64,000 nucleotides of DNA. It comes from Moniliella sp. 'wahieum'. Lineage: Eukaryota. The notes under the pieces are model-generated. The model had not been told where the DNA came from. It saw only the letters and a list, made by a program, of their open reading frames with translations, and did no database searches. The DNA lies in the NCBI GenBank assembly GCA_003971905.1, contig RSEE01000067.1:310001-374000 (forward strand). Reading direction: 5' to 3'. Positions 24,589 to 38,924 of this stretch are shown here, piece after piece; position 1 is the first letter of the stretch, and every line of letters begins with the position of its first letter. The position numbers and the translations under genes are program-made.

Positions 24589-27548
24589 TCATGCTAGGTA
24601 CTGGTACGTGGTACGGTTATCAGCAACCGTTCGAGGTACTCGCGATCAATCAAGGATTCGATGCGTTTCTTGATATCAGCCATGGCGGGACGGAATCGAG
24701 GGGAGATCATGCGAACCGTTTCAGCTACCAAATCAGTATGCGTAGCAACCTTACGATTCTTCATGATGCGCACAATCGCCGCGTCAGTCAAGTGCATCCG
24801 TTCCTCAAGCACTTTCCTATCCGTCTCCTTCTTCTCTGTTGGCGTCTCGACCCGCGCAACAATCTGAGCAATCTTGATCTTGGCCAAGGGACAGGTAACG
24901 ACGCATTGAACCGGAACCGATCCGTGTCGAGCACCTCGCGCCCTTTAGGCTCCTTGAGCAAAATCTTAAACTTGGCACATGCCAAACTCTGTAACGTACG
25001 ACGCAACTCCCCATCGGGAATCCCCGTTCGCTCTCGTAACGTAACATAGTCCAGTGGGCTCTACCACGGTACCCGCCAAGCCTGATGCGGCAGATTCCGT
25101 GGGCGCTGCCGTGCCCCCATTACCCCCATTCCCCCATTCCCCCGGTACCCTCGTTGCCCTCGTTGGCTTCGTTGGTCTTGGGCAGAGCGCGGCGGGCAGG
25201 CTCAAACTGAAGCAGCACCACCAGGGCATACGTCGACACGTTCAATTCGTGTGTGCGTGCGCGGAAACGGACCTTGACATCCGCTGTGCCGAGGTGAGGT
25301 TGCCATGCGAGACGACGACCACTGTGTTGGGCATGGTACCACGTCTCGTACCGTTCTTGTGCCTGGGCCAGCACGGGGGGCCAGTGCAGCGTGTGTTGTT
25401 TGTTGGTTCCGGAGATTTGCGATGGCCAATAGGTAGCGGTTAGTACCGTTACGTGCTCTTCCATGGGAGCCGCGACCCCAGCACCACCGGTATCGGTACT
25501 GCCACTGGGGGCAGGCAAGAGGGATTTGGTCTCGTGCATAAAGCGTTGGCTGGCTTCCTCGGAAAGTCGCATATCGTTCAACATGCCACTAAGTTTGTGG
25601 ACATAGTTGTGACCGCATTCGACTTTAAGTTTGGCCATCATATTTCTCTCTGCGTCGTCCGAGGCCGACTTGGCCGAGAGCAAGCGTCGGCCCAAGTGAG
25701 TCTTGTAGTACGTTTCGAACGCGTCTTTTTGATCGAGGTAGCGGAAGAGGAGGATAGTTTGGTCCAGTACTTCGTCCCTTGTTTCTCCGTCTTGCCCTTA
25801 ACGCCTTTCTTGAGGTTATCGTCAATGAACAAGCTGAGGAACTCGGGTGCGCGTGGGTTCCGATTGATCAGCGTCTCGAACGCCTCGTTGATCGCCGTTT
25901 CACATCCACATCCGATTGCAAACATGTAGTCAACCTGGTCAAATTGGGCTTTGAACTGCACCACCTCGTCGACCCAGTGCAGTGCGCTGGCCAGCGTCTG
26001 GGCCGCAGTCGATTTGGGCGCCTCACCCTCAGTGGCATCCTTATGCATCGGAGCAATGGCCGCATTGATCGTCTGCCCGCGGGCTAAGATGTACTTCTTC
26101 ATTCCTTGTTGAGGGCTGGGATGCCTGGCTCAACACGGCGGAAGAGGCGATAAAGAAGTGTCAGATCAGCCGTTCGGTTCTCGGCGAGCATCACAGCCAA
26201 ACCCGATCCGGGCCGCTCTAAAATTTGGTCCAGGTGGTCTTGCAAAAAGATCTTGTCTAGTAACCAACGAAGTTCCGGACCCGTACTGTCGTGCAAGTAC
26301 ACCGACACACGTTCCTCCTCCTCTTTCAGTCGGCGCGCCACGAGGCGAAGGTACGCACCGGCATCTGAACGCCCGCGGAAAAGGGCGCGCCTGGCGCACC
26401 GATCGCTCGAGCCGATTCAGCGCGATAAAAGTCGTCTGGCACGGAGGAGAGTCTTCAAATTGACGTTTGTACAGCGTCGGGCGGTGGTAAAAGGAGACGT
26501 TGGATTCAGGATAGGTGAGCGTGACCAGCATCTCGACACAACTTTGGATCGCCGAGCGGTTCACCACTGTGCCCTCCCGTTCCAGTTGGATTTGGGTCAA
26601 GAGGGTGCCGTAGAGGTTGCGTCGAATCGGGCACTGGTCGGAGCAGACCACATTTTGCCGGAACAGTTCCAAGCCCAAATCCCAGCTGGGAAGACGGTTG
26701 TGTTGTGGCACGTACACGCGGTCCTGTGCAACGCCAAAGCAACCCGCCCGTGTTAGTGAGAGGCAACCAGCATGGAGGGAAAGAAAAAGAAAAAGAAGAA
26801 AAGGAAGAAGAAAAAGAGAGAGAAGACGTACGACGTAGTTGAGCACTTTGGAGAGGGTGCTGGTACAAGCACAGTGGTCATCCCACACATCCCGAATCGC
26901 CTTGAGCAGTCGCTCTCCTGCTTGGGCAATCGTAATGGCATCCGCCCGGTCCACCTCGACGGAAGCTGAGACCTGCTCGGGGGGGCTGGGCTCCGCACGG
27001 CTGGCGTCGGGAGGAAGGTTTCTGCTTCTGCTCCTGCCTCTGCCTCGTCGTCCGAGACGGCACGAGCTTTGCCCTTGCCCTTGGGCTTTGGCTTGCTCGG
27101 GGTGGGCAGTTGGGAGGAGGGCTGTCTGTCCTTGGCGGGCGCAGGGTCGGAGAGACTATCGACAAGCGGAGAGAGGGTGCGTTCGGGCGGGAAGCAGGGC
27201 ACGATGGTATCGGTGCACTTGAGGGCGAGGTGTTCCTCGAGGAGGCGGGTGATGCCCTCGTAGAGAATGTCGCCGTGGTTGTGGAGAACAAAGATGTAGG
27301 CATAACGAAAGTTTTCCTCGTAGCTGAGACTGCTGCTGTTGTGGTTGTAGATCTCCCGCACCGCGCGCGACAGACGACGCCACATGTCGTGCGGCGACAT
27401 GTCGGGGCCGGTCTGGGAGGGGGGTGAGAGGGGGGTCAGCGGGGCGGGCACGCAGGGGCAGAGGAGGGACCGGGGGGACACGCACTCGCTTGGGCGCACG
27501 CAGGCGTGGGCGTGGCGCAGACCCGGCGCGGCGTGGGCCGGTGGACAT
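24589..27548 (-). CDS. CUL3: Cullin-3
   Basis: [24 protein letters not shown]...[74 protein letters not shown], neddylation site [28 protein letters not shown]. Confidence 0.96.
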
Positions 27549-28870
27549 GGCAGGCGGTGGTGGTGGTGGAGGTGGTGGTGGAGGTGGTGGTGGAGGTGGA
27601 GGTGGAGTGGTGGGGTATCAGCCGCATGCAGTCTCCACCCAGCGGCAGGCGGCGTGCTGATGTAAGCATGTGGGCTGGTGCTCGCTGGATGCCATCTGAA
27701 ATGTTGCAGGGCGCATGCACGGGCCCAGGCCCCGTGCATTTGAACATTGCAGCCCACCCGGCGCCATCCGACCAAACACGCGCTTCCTCATTTCCACTCG
27801 CTCACGTCGGTCGCCTGTCCACCTCCAGCGCACACACCGCTGCCGAGATGCTAGCTGCTGGACCCAAGCTGAGAGCGCCGAGAGAGGAGAGGTCCGGACG
27901 CAACGCTTTGTGTCATTACACCGGTGGAGCCGAGCAGCCAGAGGCACAGAAGGCGCCAATTAAACCCCGAGGCTGGCCAGTGGTTTGGCTGGCTGGGTGG
28001 ATAGAGGCAGAGAGGTACAACCTGGTTCTGAGCCCTGCGGATAGGGCAATGCGATGGTCGTTGGCGTTGGCAGAGGATGAGGTCGATGAGGGAGGGCCAC
28101 AAAGAGAGGCTGCGTCGAAGGAGATCTGGCGATGGATAGACACATCAATAAGGGGGCGACGGTGGGCGACACTTATCGATTATCGATGAAAAAATGGTTC
28201 AGTGCAGGATGAAAACAAGTCGGGCAACGTGACGTGAGGGTGTGCTGCAGTGAAGCTAGGGTTAGACGCACCGCTGGTGAGCCCACCGGCGGAAGATTTC
28301 AAACCACGGCGGTGGGCTCTGCGCTGCCCTTGAAAAGACTGGCGGCCTTGCGCCTCTCAGATCTCATAACGCAACTCAACTCTTTGCCTGGTTGCTGAGA
28401 TTCGGGAGCGCTGGGAACTGAGTGAGATGTGGCCTCTGGATCTGGCTCTGGCTCTGGCTCTGGACTCTGAACTGGGCGACTCCGAAATCAGCTGACCCAC
28501 TCTGTCGCAGGGCTGCTGCATGTTAGCCCAGCGTGGGCCAGCACAGCGCCTGTGTGCGCACACGCGCTGCTTGGCCTGTCTGAATATTGGATGCACACCG
28601 GCCACACCCGAGAGAGGCAGGCGCGTAGCAACCCTACCCGCCGATCGATCACTAGATGCCTGCACTAGCAGACCCTACTTTAACGCAACCCCCAAACCCA
28701 AAAAAAACCAAAACCACATGGGTGCTGTCGCCCCCTGCCGACATGTTGGTCTGCTGGCCAGCTGCTTGCTCCACCTCCCACGCGCACCCGTTGTGCCTGT
28801 TTGGATATATACGCCCCCGTCCATCCGTCCATCCGTGCATCTCTCCATCCTCCCCACCCTCACACCCATC

Positions 28871-29769
28871 ATGCTCACGCTCATCACCCCCGACAACGAC
28901 TGCTTCTCGGTGCAGTTTGCGCTGCACACACCACCCTCGCCCAGTTCCAGGCCGCCCTGGCCCTCGACACAGGCATCCCCGTCCCGCACCAGCGGCTCAC
29001 ATGCAACGGCGTCCGTCTTACCGTGCCCCACCTCACCCTCGCCCAAGCTGGCGTCGGGCCCGACGACCTCATCCTTCTCGATAAAGAGGACGAAGCGGAG
29101 TCCTCAGCTCAGGCTGCTGCTGCTGCTGCTGCTGCTACTGCCACGGTTACCACTACTCTTCCTGTGACTACTTCTACTCCTTCTACTTTTACCACTGCGA
29201 ATCCCACTCCCACCCACACGCACACGCACATTCACACTCCCACGCCCGCGCCCAAACCCACGCTCACACTCATCACCCCGACAACGACTGCTTCTCTGTG
29301 CAATTTGCGCTGCACACCACCCTGGCCCAATTCCAAGCTGCCCTGGCCCTCGACACGGGTGTCCCCGTCCCGCACCAACGGCTCACATGCAACGGCGTCC
29401 ATCTGAACTTGCCCCACCTCACGCTTGCCCAAGCTGGCGTCGCGCCTGACGACCTCATCCTCCTCGATAGGCTGGACGAAGCCCAACTTTCAGCTCAGGC
29501 CACCGCCGAAACTACTTCCACTACTACTACCTACTGTTACCAGTCCTTCTTCCGGTACGACTGCGACTGGGAATGCGAATGCGAACCTTGGACGGGACGA
29601 AGACACGTGTTTCGAGGACGCAGCTCTTGCTCGTGATTCCAATCGAGAGCACGGTCGCGAGCGCGCGCAAGTTGCACCAACGTACCTCCCCTTGGGTAAC
29701 GGTATGCACAGCATGCCTATGTCCATGTCCATATCGACAGGTGCGGTCCCAGCGTCCATCCGGGCATAA
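28871..29769 (+). CDS. Protein with two tandem Ddi1-type ubiquitin-like domains joined by an A/T/P-rich linker
   Basis: Two near-identical units LTLITPDNDCFSVQFALHTTLAQFQAALALDTG(I/V)PVPHQRLTCNGV...TLAQAGVxPDDLILLD matching the UBL pattern (GIP..QQRL..NG..L...TL...G...D.I.L). Confidence 0.75.
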
Positions 29770-30077
29770 GTAAGCCCTATACGCCTGGGCTTCCCGTACT
29801 GGTTGCCAGTGGTTGGCAAATAACCCTCCCCGATGCCACGATGCCCCCTTGCCCCGATAACCCCTTACCTAGCGTGTCATCAGGTGACCATGCCGTGACG
29901 TGTGAAGGGCTTGACGCCGGATGTGAATCGTAATGCGTAACGAAGACCGATCTGCTGAAAAGAAGAATAAGGAAGACTTGGATGGTTTCTTCGCCAATAG
30001 ATAGGTACTAGGTAGGGTACAGTGGTAGGTGGGGTACAGCGCGCCCTGGTACACCGGGTGGCTTGGCTATTGTATGT

Positions 30078-30385
30078 GTTACTAGCTACTAGTTACTAGC
30101 TACTAGCTACTTAGACTCGAGTGACTGACTAGTGACTAGTGAAGCTAGTGACGCGGAACGACATATGACAGGTCCCGAAATAGACTGGAGTGTGGACACA
30201 ATTAATCACGTGCGCTGTCAATATTCAAGATGCTTTCACACTGTAACTCAAATGTCCTTCTGACTTTTGGGCGACCTGCAACCTGCGTCGCACACTGGCC
30301 GAGGTACTGAAGCTAAAGCTGAAAGCGGGCGCCTTGTCAACATGTCAAGCTAGCATGTCAAGCTAACATGTCAAGCCTCACAAGC
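30078..30385. repeat. Intergenic short tandem repeats: (ACTAGCT)n, (GTGACTA)n, (CATGTCAAGCTAR)n
   Basis: Directly visible. Confidence 0.8.
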
Positions 30386-32628
30386 TTCAAATGGGAAGCG
30401 GTGTGGCTGAGGCAATTGGTTTCCCATTCTTGTTGATTGTTGATTGTAGCCAGCATGCCACAACGCCAGTTCTCCAGACGCTATGCTCCCTCCTGGTTAC
30501 CGGTTACCAGTTCTCGATTTTCTCTGGTTCCCGATCGGCCCGGTCCTTCCTCCGAATTATAACCCGCTGTAACATGTTATGCATTACGGCTGTCAATATT
30601 CAATGGTACATTCAATGGTGGGATTTTGGAGAGCCTCTGCTATCTACCAGCGTGGACTAGGCGCCCTATGGGCACGAGTGCTGCGAGAACTCGATCTGAG
30701 ATCTATGCGCCCATACAAGTACATTGAAACAGTGGGTGATCGATTGGCGCTGGCCGGTCGCTGGTCGATGGAGGCCCGAGCATAGCGATCTAGTGCTAGG
30801 CGCAAGCATAGGTGCATAGGCCCAGGGCGTGGCAGGACAGACGGGTGCGAAGATCGAATGCCAGAGGTTGACACGCCGATTGTCTCGCCGCCACACGGGG
30901 AATATGGAATGGGGGGTGAATGGGTGAATGGGTGAATGGGTGGACACAGCAGATGGTCGCTGAGTACTTGAGTGTTCTAACCGATGATCGAATGATCACT
31001 AGCACTTCCCCTCCGATTGTCCAGCTGCCACCGCCCCAGCACCAGGCCAGTGTGTTGTGCCCCACACGTGATTAATGGTTGGGAGCATGCGAGGACTACG
31101 TATGCCAGAGGGTGTGTGTATGTACGTCCTGCCTGCCTCTAAGATCTAACCTGGGTGGTGTTGGTTAATGGTTGCTTTCTAGCTGTGGTTGCTGGGTACG
31201 TTGATCACTCGGTACGCTCAGCTGGCTAGTGCGTGAGCAAACCGAACCCGCGACGAGGACCAATACCAAGCTCCAAGGCCAAGATGGACGAGCTCACAAC
31301 CCCATATCGTCACTTTCTGACCGACTAGCAAAAGCACTTCTAAGCACATCCCTTTCGTCTTCTGCTTCCCGACGCCCACAGACACCACTCTTCCCTCCCG
31401 TGCACACCCGCCACGAGCACCACCAGCAGCCCATCCACCGCCTCTCGCTTGCCTCCTCTTTCACCCGCCACCATCTCCCGCCACAGCGCCCTGTCCACAC
31501 GTGCAGGTCGTAGCCCTTCTTCTTGTGAGTTCTGAGGTATCCATCCCATCCTCTTCTCCTGCCCTGCCTTCTTGCCCCCCCCCCGCACCCCATCCCAGAC
31601 GCGCAGGGCGTCAGCACCCCCCCCCCCCCGCCTCCACCATGACTCATCCCGCGTTGCGCCTCCCACCGACAACGTTCACTGTACTCGACTGAACGTTGAA
31701 CACCGAACACTGAACGTTCAACCCTCCACATCCTCCTCCTTTTTGGCTTGGGCGCCACACCCAAGTAAGCTCCGTGGCAACATTCAGCCGCGCTGCTCTG
31801 TCGTTTGATGACTGTACACCCTCCACCGTCCACCGTCCACCTCCCCACCTTTTTTGTTCCCGCGCCCTACTGTCCCCTGGGCGATTCTGCTGCGCGTTCC
31901 ACCCTCGTCTCACCGCCCCCGCCCCTGACATGCGACATGCGACGTGCGACATGCGACACCCGCCCAGACCGTACGAGCTTGCCTCGTCGGTAACCGCGCG
32001 TCTCACTCTTACTGAATGGGAGGAGGCAACTTGCGACATACGACATGCGACATGCGACTTGGGACTTGCGATTTGCGCACGCCTGTGCTTTACAGCTAGC
32101 TTTCTCCGTCATGAGCACTGCCCCCTTGCATCGCGTGGGGCTGTCCGGATGGATGATCGGTGGGCTGCGCCTTGGGCGGGTGGGAGCCCGCGCTGACGCT
32201 AACGGAACCTTCTGTCGGATGAGGTTGTGTTCTAGTTGTGTGTGTGTGTGGGTGGGTGGGTGTGTGTCAGACCATGACTGACCCTAGTACTCCTTGGTTT
32301 CTTTTCTTTTCTTCTTCTAGGACTTTTTTCAGTGTTCGGTGTCGGTGGTTATCCGTCGATCTCCTCAGGCCACCTATTCCCTATTTTCTTTCTCTGGTTA
32401 GCAATAGCAACCCAGCACCAAACCACCTCCCGACCCAACAAGTGACTGCCCCCACCGGAGCGTCACGGTTCGCCAGGACGCCAAACCCTGGCTGCTAGAC
32501 ACGTACTTAATCCCCCCCTCGCCTTACTCTGGGACTGGGATCCGCGTACCCTCCCTCCCCCCCCCTCCGGCAGTGCCAGTGCCTTTTCGTCCTTCACCTC
32601 ACTACTATATCTTGACCACCACTGCAAG

Positions 32629-35600
32629 ATGACTTCCGTGCCCCCTCCGATCTTCTGTGTGGCCTCGGCCCCATCGAGAACGACCAATAGCAGCACCCAG
32701 TCGTTACCGACCAGTGCTAGCCATGCTACGCTCGACGAACCCGAGTCGGCTCCCCATGACGACGATGACGACGGGAGTGATACGTACCAGTCCGCATTGG
32801 CTCCTACGTGGGTGGATGCAACGCTTTACTTCCCTTCTTGCTCTTCTGTTTCTATTACCCCCTCCAACCTTCCTCCTCCCCATTCACACCCCGATTCACA
32901 CCCCGTTCCCACTTCACGTGCCCCGTCGCCCCGCTCCGGCGCAGCAGGCGACACAAATGCAAGTCCATCCGATCCGAGCACTTTATTCCAACCATCGGAC
33001 TTTCGGTCGGACTCGCCCTTAGTCCCGGACCCCACTCCGCGCCAGGACCTAGCCTCCGCACGACACCGTATCGCTTGCGCTCACAATATGGACGCTGTCC
33101 TACCTTCCGTACGCGACCGCGATACCGTCACTTCCCACCCACCTTCCTCTAGCCTGGGCTTGGAGCTCGTCGCACCTGCCCCTCCCTCCGTCCCGACCTC
33201 AACCTCGGCACTACCTACCCCTACCCCACTTACCTCTCTTACCCCCTAACTTCAGTTACCTCGGTTACGTCGCTCGTCCCCCCCCCCAGCGCTGGGCCGG
33301 GTGCCGTCTGGACAGGTCGGTCGGGGACAAACCCCGTGCCTGCTTTCCCACCCTCCATGGGCGATGGACGGCCGCACGCAGTGTGGAACAACGATGATCC
33401 TATCTTCCCTCTCCTTCACCCTTGCCCTCGCCTTCGCCCTCGCCCTTGCCCTCGGACGAGACTCAAACGCAGACGCAGCTGACGGAACCGGAGACGGAGA
33501 TGGTGACGGAATTGGCCAAGGACAAGGACAAGGACGAAGCCGAGGACGACGACGAAAGGGACAGTGACGTGCGGTGGCTTGGTAGTCATAATGTCGCAGC
33601 ACGACAACGAACGTATACCAAGCTGACCAAGTTGTTGGGAACGGAGAGTTGGTCCGAGGTGGTCTTGTCTCAGCTCCCGCCGTCCCAGCTCTCGTCGTCC
33701 CAGCGACCGTCGTCTGCGCCTCGGTCTCAGCATGCTGCGCCGTCCCCCCCGCTGGACAGGCTAGTTTGCCCCTTAATCCTCCTGCTGCCCGGGCGTCCCA
33801 TCCCCTCCCTCCCCCTTCCCCTCTTCCTCTTCCTCTTGCTGCCACTACCAGCACAACTACCAGTCCTACCCCTTCCCACCTCACATTTCCTTCTCAGACT
33901 GTGCATCCCCCCCTCCCTCTTTACCTTTTTCTTCTACGCCCGCACTCCCCGTGCTTCCATCCCACTCGCTCCTTCCACCACGACCGCTTCACCTCTCCCC
34001 TCCCCACCCTCTAGCGCATCCTCCCAATCCACCAACACGCGCGGGCTATCCTCCCACCCTACCACCGCCACCACTCCAATGCTCAGGGGGGACACTGTCA
34101 GTCACCCTGGCAGTCACTCTGGCAGTCACCCTGGCAGTCGGATCGAGTTGCGTCCTAAAGCGGCTGCGCTGCTGGGCATTCCCCTGGACCCACGAAGCCC
34201 ATCAGGGAACTTACGTTCCCCCCCGCTTGTGCCCAGTCCGACTGGGAGCAGTCTGAGCCCTTCGACGCTGTTCCCTCCCCCCTCGCCGCTGTCGCCGGGA
34301 AGCACGAGGAGCACAGCTGGGTCCGGAAGCAGCGAGCGTAACGACAGTTGTGGTCACAGTAGTACCACCGCCTCGGTACTCCGTACCCGGTCCAGTTGGG
34401 GATCTTCACTCTCGTTATCTTTATCTTTATCTTTATCTCTCCCCTCTACGACGCGCAAGTACCCATGTGCTTCTACCCGTGCCTCACGCCTCCTTCCGCA
34501 CCCTCTCCCTCACCCAAAACGTCCGGTTCCCTTTACCGTTACCGTTACGCCTGCGCGCTGGCGCTGGCGCTGTGCATCATCACTATGGTGGTGCAGCTGG
34601 GTCGACAGGTACATCACTTCCTATCCCTCTTTCTCCTCTTTCTCCTCTCGTTTCTTTCCCCACCTTCCACTTCTTCCTCGTTTCCCCTCTTGCTTCGTCT
34701 TCTGCACCCAAGCACACCGATCCAGCCAACCCCACCTCCCTCCCCACGGACCTGAAGCAGCCCACCCACCCAACCCAGGTTTCCTCCCAACCAACCGGAG
34801 TCAACCTCACACACCCACCCCCGTCCCCACGCACGACCTCCACTGATCCCTCCCTCGACCCCCGCCTGGCTCCTGGTACAGGTGTGGGTACCGGCCGCGG
34901 TACCGGTGTTGGTACCGGTATTGGTAACGGTATTGGGAGCGAATGTACCTCTCCGCCAACGCCCTCCGTCGCTCTTGCTGCCCCGCAGGTATTCCCCCAT
35001 GCACCCGCTCGGGTACTGGGCAAACCACGTCGTTCCCTCGCCGTCGACACCGACCTGAACCACTGCACCTGCTCGGTCCTACTACCTCTACAACCTTTTC
35101 TTCTACGGACCGGCAGGTGGGTCTGTGGCGTGCTATGGTCCTCCCGCTCCTACCACCACTACAGCCACGGAGCGCAATACGGCGGGACCTCTTGGCTCTG
35201 CAACAGGGTCGGGGTCGGGAGTGGGAGTGGGAGTGGGATGCGGGATAGGTGGGGCGAGTGCGTTGGTGTATCGGGAAGAGGAGCAGTTTGGGCTCCGGCA
35301 TCGTCGTCGCCAAAGCAGGTGTTGGATTGGAGGCGAGCGTGTTGGGGGCGGTTGACTTCGGCCTGGTGTCTGCCAGGCCCCGACCATGACCTCAACGGCG
35401 ACAGCGGCTGCTCCAGGTTCAGGATCAGGATCAGGATCAGGATCAGGAGCAAGATCAGGATCAGGTTCGACGGGCGGAGTGGGTGAGGTCTGGGGTTTGT
35501 GCAGAGGCAGCAGGACCAGGACCAGGACAAAGACCAGGCCAGGGAGGAGGAGGAGGAGGAAGGAGGTACGGGGGGGAGGGGGGTAAACGAGGGAAGAGGG

Positions 35601-36670
35601 AGGAAGTGGAGGTGGATGTGGAAGGGTGGATCCCACTGTGGTGCACATTCATACCTACTTCTTCGTACCTTTACCTTTCTTCCTCTCCTCCTCTTGGTGC
35701 TGGTGCTGCTGTACTGCTTCTCTATGTGGCCTGCAGTATGCTCCGACTTTGCTTCGCCCCCACACGCCCGCTCTTCCCTCTTGGCTTGGTCTCCGCCGGT
35801 ACCCTTTCCCCTGCCCCGGCTCGGCGACGACGCTCAAGTATGGTCACGTTGCCCTGTGCCCCCCCCCCTCGCCTTTACTGTGCCTGCGCGTTCGGCTGTA
35901 CCTTCGGCTTCGCCACCGACGTTGAATGGGCCCTTGGTGGCGCCTGGGCAAGCCGAGGGGAGAAGAAGGAAAGCCGTACGACCCATCGGTGTACGATCCT
36001 ACCTAGTTCCTTTCCGCTTCTGCTTCCGCTCAGTTTCCGCTTCGCCGCGTCCGGCGTCCCGTCTGTGGGGGCTGGAGGTCCAGCCAAGCAGCGGGGCGGG
36101 CAGCGGCGGAGGAGGAGGAAGAGAGAGAGAAGGAGAGAGGAGGAGGAGGAAGAGGAGGAAGCGAAAGAGGGACCTATAGGTAGAAGAGGTCCTAGGGGGT
36201 GGAGGAAAGTCTGCTTTTCTCTTATTTTATACTTCTATTCTACTTCTACTTCTACTTTCTACTGCTGCCCTTTCCCCACGCCCGGGCCACGGGACCTCCA
36301 CCATCAACGTCATGGTGCAATCACACGATTCCCGTGACGGTGAGCGTCAACCAGAGTTCCAGCCAAGTGCGAGCCCAAGTGCAAGCCAAGTGCGAGCCCC
36401 AGTCCAATCCTGAGCCCGAGCGAGCCATCCCCGTTTCGCCGCGCTCGTCCCGGTCGCCCATGTCGCTGGATCGACTCTCTGCGCAGGCGGAAGGGTGGGC
36501 CGAAGGGGGGCCGAGGGATGGGGGGGCGGCGCACACGCGAGTCGCGTTGCACCTCGGTGGTGACGTGCAGCTCGGTGGGGCTGGGGGAACTATGTGTGGC
36601 AGCCGTTGGAGGGCGCAGCGGCGGTGGTGGCCATGCAGGATAAGTGGCCGTTGGCGCCTGCTCCGTAGGT
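32629..36670 (+). CDS. Hypothetical low-complexity S/P-rich protein; boundaries uncertain
   Basis: Consecutive overlapping open frames from MTSVPPPIFCVASAPS; islands such as RTYTKLTKLLG and KAAALLG; no recognisable domain. Confidence 0.5.
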
Positions 36671-36980
36671 GGGGGTAGGCTGAATGGATGGAGGATTGTG
36701 CAGTGTGTGGTGGGGACGAGACGACATGGATGGACGATAGTCGATATGTAGTCGATATAGCGACGGATGGCAAACCATGTGGGGCAGCCGGGCGAACCAC
36801 GTGACCTGCCGTGCGAGCGTCGGCTAGTCCGGCCCCCAAACAACCGGCATAACCCCGCCCGGGCCGGCCGATCTACTAAGGAGAACGGCTCCGCTTTCAA
36901 CTCCCCGCCTGTCCCCTTTATTTTGCTTTTCTTGCCCCCCCACCACCACCTCCCTTCCTCGTCTCTTCCTCCCAACCGCC

Positions 36981-38426
<1,446 letters not shown>

Positions 38427-38814
38427 AAAATGGCACGAGAGACGCCGTGACTGGATGTCGTACGGACTCGGTGGAGCCAGTAGGGAGGTCTGCTCTGCTG
38501 CCTCCCCCCGCTTGGGGTGTGGGCCATCTTGCGTGTTCACTAGTTCACCAGTTCACTGCGGTTGTGGTTGCGATTGGATTTTTGGTTTGCTACTTAATTG
38601 TCCCCGCATGTCCCCCTGTGTGCCCGTAGCCTCTTCCCCTTGTAGTACCTACTAGTACCTCGTGCGCACCCCCGGCGGGGACTAGCGCCGGCCCACAGCG
38701 TTCGTACTCGTCCCTGGTCCTTACTTTTCTTCGGCTGGCTGGTTTGTAGTCCACTCCCCTCCCACACGACCTTCCTTACCAATTGAACGCGTCTTCTACC
38801 TGCTCCAGCGCGGC

Positions 38815-38885
38815 AACAGAGCATCCCAGAGCATCCCAGAGCATCCCAGAGCATCCCAGAGCATCCCATAGCATCCCATAGCATC
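38815..38885. repeat. (AGCATCCCAG)n 10-bp tandem repeat, about 7 copies
   Basis: Directly visible in the convergent intergenic region. Confidence 0.92.
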
Positions 38886-38924
38886 ACCACGGCCAAACAC
38901 CCCCGCAGGACGACCATTGACTGC

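Noticed and set aside
16253..27548. TOR and CUL3 as pseudogenes or programmed-frameshift genes
   Set aside because: Indels are spread across all genes, catalytic motifs are intact, and no consistent slippery-site signal is visible; sequencing error is the simpler explanation
30391..31100. Short ORFs in the long intergenic region as a gene or transposon relic
   Set aside because: No recognisable motif, start context or splice structure
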